In this document: piece after piece, positions 60,761 through 64,000 of the stretch | Layout of the letters: each line of letters begins with the position of its first letter | Numbering within the stretch: position 1 is the first letter of the stretch | Source of the DNA: a virus | Lineage: Duplodnaviria > Caudoviricetes | IMG/VR virus record: IMGVR_UViG_2974778117_000001 | Coordinates: 64,001-128,000 of that record | Reading direction: 5' to 3' (one strand) | DNA length: 64,000 nt | Notes under the pieces: generated by a model | Databases searched by the model: none | Told to the model about the DNA's origin: nothing | The model's input: only the letters and a program-made list of their open reading frames with translations | Position numbers and translations under genes: made by a program

Positions 60761-61328
60761 CCTTCTGCTTGGTGAGATTGAGGTTGTAGGCTTTCGCCTT
60801 GGCCTCAATCTCATCTACCCATGCCTTGCAGACCCTCAGTTCTTCGACGTGGGTGTCTGCGGAGAGGGCTTGTCCGAGAAGAAATTCAGAAGCGCGTTGA
60901 GATAGGAACCCGGCTCCGGGGTAGGGTTCTGTAGCGCTGCCGGGCGAGGCGGGATTTCCAGCGCCTGCACCACTGCCACTTCCGTTGGTGGGTGCTTTGT
61001 ATCCTGGGTCCTGCAGCCTGACATTGCCAAGCTTAGCAACAGCAGTGCGCAGATCAGAAATGTTCTTGATGTAGCCTTCATCTAGTTTGCCTCTTGATTC
61101 GCTGAGTTCTTTGTACGCCGTAGCGCGTTCTTCATTCGCTGCAGCAATCTTCTTTGCAACCTCTTCGCCGTTCTTGGCGATCCAGGCTTCATGAGTAGCA
61201 TTGATCGTCGCAATGCGGTTCTCGTAATGATTCGACGTCGCCTTCCAGGAAACGCCCGCGATAGCCCCGACGGCTAGTACAGCCGCCAGCAGTTTGGCGG
61301 CTAGTTGGTATTGTGCTGGGATGATCAT
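60753..61328 (-). CDS. Inner-membrane spanin (Rz-like)
   Basis: N-terminal TM helix, periplasmic coiled coil, embedded lipoprotein gene. Confidence 0.8.
   Translation of the reverse strand: MIIPAQYQLAAKLLAAVLAVGAIAGVSWKATSNHYENRIATINATHEAWIAKNGEEVAKKIAAANEERATAYKELSESRGKLDEGYIKNISDLRTAVAKLGNVRLQDPGYKAPTNGSGSGAGAGNPASPGSATEPYPGAGFLSQRASEFLLGQALSADTHVEELRVCKAWVDEIEAKAKAYNLNLTKQKVK
60836..61081 (-). CDS. Outer-membrane spanin (Rz1-like lipoprotein), fully embedded
   Basis: Signal peptide with lipobox AMSG-C, Pro-rich body, alternate frame inside Rz. Confidence 0.8.
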   Translation of the reverse strand: MKATSRTFLICALLLLSLAMSGCRTQDTKHPPTEVAVVQALEIPPRPAALQNPTPEPGSYLNALLNFFSDKPSPQTPTSKN

Positions 61329-61698
61329 AGATGGTCCAGATTGTATCGTTGGTTCATATCCCGGAGGATGTCAACCATGATCCGATTGGGATACACTTCT
61401 TCGGATACGGTGGAATCGTACTGCCTCAGCCACATGAGAATCGCCTTGACCACGCTGAACTGACGTCGTCCATGATGACCCGGAACACTCCGGTTGTCTT
61501 CTGTGCGCCGAACACATTCAGTAGGATCACGACATTATTGATCAGCAATTTCTCGTTCATCAAACCGGTGTTCAAGAAACGGCTGACCATTCGACGTGCT
61601 GTAGAGAACCCGGCAAAGTCCTTGTCAAACTCTGCAGCCTTGACGGGAGTGAGTGTCAACCCGTCAATGGCGATTGCTCTTGCGACCTTGAAGTCCAT
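61325..61698 (-). CDS. Conserved hypothetical protein (apparent deletion near 61463)
   Basis: EF.KD, LLINNVVILLNVFG; corrected VVKAILMWL...HL* couples to the spanin start. Confidence 0.65.
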
Positions 61699-62149
61699 TA
61701 CGCGTCCTTCTTGTCCTTGTTCTTCTTGGCAGCCTTCTTCGCTGCAATTGCTGCCTTCTCTTCCGGAGTCTTGTTCGGCGCACCCTTCGGACGACCGCGA
61801 CCACGCGCAGGCGGTAGCTGCGCGACCGCCAAGGTCTGAGCATGGGCTAGAGCAGCACCGATGTCTTCGATTCCCTTGGTGAGTGCGTCATTGGATGCAC
61901 CACGGATAGGCTTGGGCTTCTCGGAGGTTTCCGGCTGCTTCGCCTCGACACGACGTGCCGCCTGAATCTTGACCTTCTCGTTGCGGGTGTAGTCGCCGAG
62001 CTTCTTGGTTCGGACGTCATACTCGACGGGGTTCTCAAGACCACGGATCGAGACCAGCAGTTCACCATTCTCAGGCGCGACCCAGCCATAGATAGTAGGT
62101 ACAGCAGTGGGATGCCAAGAAGGTGGGTTTTGGTGCGATCAATTGCCAT
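61698..62149 (-). CDS. Late protein with an N-domain like the Ig protein and a basic AT-hook tail (apparent deletion near 62125)
   Basis: Corrected PPSWHPTAVPTIYGWVAPENGELLVSIRGL ... RGRGRPKGAPNK ... KKAAKKNKDKKDA*. Confidence 0.65.
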
Positions 62150-62201
62150 AGTGTTTCATTCCTAGATTGATGATGTACCGACAAGGGCTTACAATACGAC
62201 T

Positions 62202-63287
62202 ATGAACTACCTAGATCTCAAATACGTCCGCCTTGTCTCTGGATATTTAACCAAATGGAAGGAGGTTGGTCGCGACCTGTGGCGATTCAGATGTCCCTTC
62301 TGTGGCGACTCCAAGAAGAGTGATTCGCTTGCCCGTGGCTACTTCTTCAACCTCGAAGATAAGGCCATGTTCAAGTGTCACAACTGTGGTCTGCCGCTGA
62401 ACCTCGGACAGTTCTTGGCTGAGATTGCTCCGGCACTCTTGGGTGAGTACAAGCTCGAGAAGTTCAAGCAGAAGAACCCGACCTTCGGTGACGACAAGAA
62501 GCGTGATGAGCAATTCATCACCACAACTCAGCACCGACTCCGACGCACCGGAACGATCCTGGCATTCTGTGATAGACTGCTATCGTTGCCGGAAGATCAT
62601 CATGCCCGAGTCTATCTGGATGGTCGAAAGATCCCAGAGAGTAATCAGTCCAAACTGTTCTACATTGATGACGTCCGTGTTCTGGCGAAGAACATCCCCG
62701 GCTATGGAGAACGGGCAGCGAAGCTCCCCAAGCGCGATGCGATCATCATTCCCTTCTTCGATGAAGACGGCGCGCTGATGTATCTCCAGTGTCGCTTCTT
62801 CGATGAAAACTTCCGGTACATGACCTTCCAGATTGAAGATGAGGGGAAGAAGATCTGGGGTCTAGATCGTGTCGACTGGAGCAAGAGGGTCTACGTGTGT
62901 GAGGGTCCGTTTGACGCTATGTTCCTTGACAACTGTGTTGCGGTCGCAGGCGCAGGGATCATGTCTGAGATTGAGTTCTTCCAGTCTAAGGCGAAAGCCG
63001 GATTGACTCTGATATTCGACAAGGATTACCGGACCAACTTTGAGGTCCATCGGTTCATGTGTCAGGCAGTCGAGAAGGGTCACAGTGTGGTCCTGTTCGA
63101 CAAAGAGTTTAAGGGCAAGGATATGAACGACCAGATCCAGAAACACTTCTGGACGCGCGAGTATCTGAAGACCTACGTGGATGCACACACATACAAGGGT
63201 CTGTCGGCAAAGCTGGAGCTGACCAAGATCAGACCGCCGAAGAACGCCTTCAAAAGTAAATCAAACTCCGGTAGGTTTGGAAGTTGA
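62202..63287 (+). CDS. DNA primase gp61
   Basis: RCPFCGDS..ARG, CHNC, YL..RKI, IPF, TOPRIM EGPFD.MF..N. Confidence 0.95.
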   Translation: MNYLDLKYVRLVSGYLTKWKEVGRDLWRFRCPFCGDSKKSDSLARGYFFNLEDKAMFKCHNCGLPLNLGQFLAEIAPALLGEYKLEKFKQKNPTFGDDKKRDEQFITTTQHRLRRTGTILAFCDRLLSLPEDHHARVYLDGRKIPESNQSKLFYIDDVRVLAKNIPGYGERAAKLPKRDAIIIPFFDEDGALMYLQCRFFDENFRYMTFQIEDEGKKIWGLDRVDWSKRVYVCEGPFDAMFLDNCVAVAGAGIMSEIEFFQSKAKAGLTLIFDKDYRTNFEVHRFMCQAVEKGHSVVLFDKEFKGKDMNDQIQKHFWTREYLKTYVDAHTYKGLSAKLELTKIRPPKNAFKSKSNSGRFGS

Positions 63288-63339
63288 TAGCGATTACAAT
63301 ACAAGGGTCGAGAAGACACTAACATCAGAGGGTGAATAG

Positions 63340-64000
63340 ATGCTTTTGATTGATGCAAGCAACCGTGTATTCAGCACGGTCCTGGAGTACCACCGCAGCA
63401 CTGGCGAGCAAGCTGACATCCAGCTGATTCGTCATCTGATTACGGACGGTCTCCGGGTTGACAAGAAACGATTGGCAGAGTTCGCCGACGAGATTGTACT
63501 GTGTTTCGATGGTCGCAAGTACTGGCGTCGTGAGTTCTTCCAGCATTACAAGGCAAAGCGCGCTGCCGGACGTGAAGCTTCCAGTTTTGACTGGGACGCT
63601 TCTTCCCTGCGTATGACCAGTTCAAGCAGGAACTCCGTGAGTTCTTCCCGATCAAGTGCGTTGAGGTTGAAGGCGCCGAAGCGGATGACATCATGGGTGT
63701 TCTCGCCTCTCGCTATGCCGACGTGAAGAAGGTTTGTGTGGCATCGTCCGACAAGGACATGGTGCAGCTGCAGCAGAACATGAACCCGAAGATCAAGCAG
63801 TACAGTTACTTCCACAAGAAGTTCCTGACTCCGAAGACGTCCAAGTATGATCTGTTTGAGCACGTGGTGAAGGGTGATTCTGGAGACGGCGTCCCCAACA
63901 TCCTGAGTCCGGATGACGTGCTGATCACTCCAGGTTCTCGCCAACGACCGATCAGTAGCAAGAAGCTGGAAGAGTGGCGTGCCAAGGGCGGATTGTTTGA
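63340..64000 (+). CDS. rnh: RNase H / 5'-3' exonuclease, partial (apparent deletion near 63601)
   Basis: LLID.S, YWR..FF..YK..R; corrected EADDI, SSDKD..QL, GD.GDGVPNILS.DD. Confidence 0.92.

Noticed and set aside
2052-63726. Pseudogenes, programmed frameshifting or stop-codon recoding as the cause of split genes
   Set aside because: The breaks are frame changes, not in-frame stops. They share no slippery motif and hit many essential genes, and one-base fixes restore motifs and gene overlaps, so sequencing error is far more parsimonious.
1-64000. tRNA genes, integrase, transposase, homing endonucleases
   Set aside because: None recognised; intergenic spaces are short apart from the terminase gap.

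Overview
This is a 64-kb segment of a T4-like myovirus (moderately GC-rich). An embedded Rz/Rz1 spanin pair indicates a Gram-negative host. In order, the window contains: (1) small sigma70-driven early genes; (2) a late virion module: PAAR, gp25, gp6, gp7, gp8, a ~1,930-aa DUF4815/VrlC-like protein, gp13, gp14, gp15, gp16, gp17, gp18, gp19, gp20, gp68, gp21, gp22 and gp23; (3) an early island with a denV-like gene; (4) dNMP kinase, amidase endolysin, gp3, uvsY, uvsW, gp55, gp47/46, gp45/44/62, regA, dUTPase, gp43 and uvsX; (5) a 7-deazaguanine DNA-modification cluster (folE, queC, dpdA/TGT-like, queE) that encloses a myo-inositol-1-phosphate synthase and a HAD phosphatase; (6) gp41 and an Ig-repeat decoration protein; (7) a cluster of Pol-beta NTase, PD-(D/E)XK, KxDG-ligase-like, HxGH NTase and ParB-like genes; (8) gp26/gp51, a tape-measure protein with a transglycosylase domain, spanins, primase and a partial RNase H. 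About 25 single-base indels split or fuse genes, many of them essential. I read these as sequencing errors, and coordinates below are for the corrected genes. The best novelty candidates are the inositol-plus-deazaguanine locus (possible cyclitol-hypermodified base), a ~450-nt hairpin-dense antisense non-coding unit between the two terminase genes, and the multi-nucleotidyltransferase cluster. All protein calls come from motif recognition by eye; no database searches were run.
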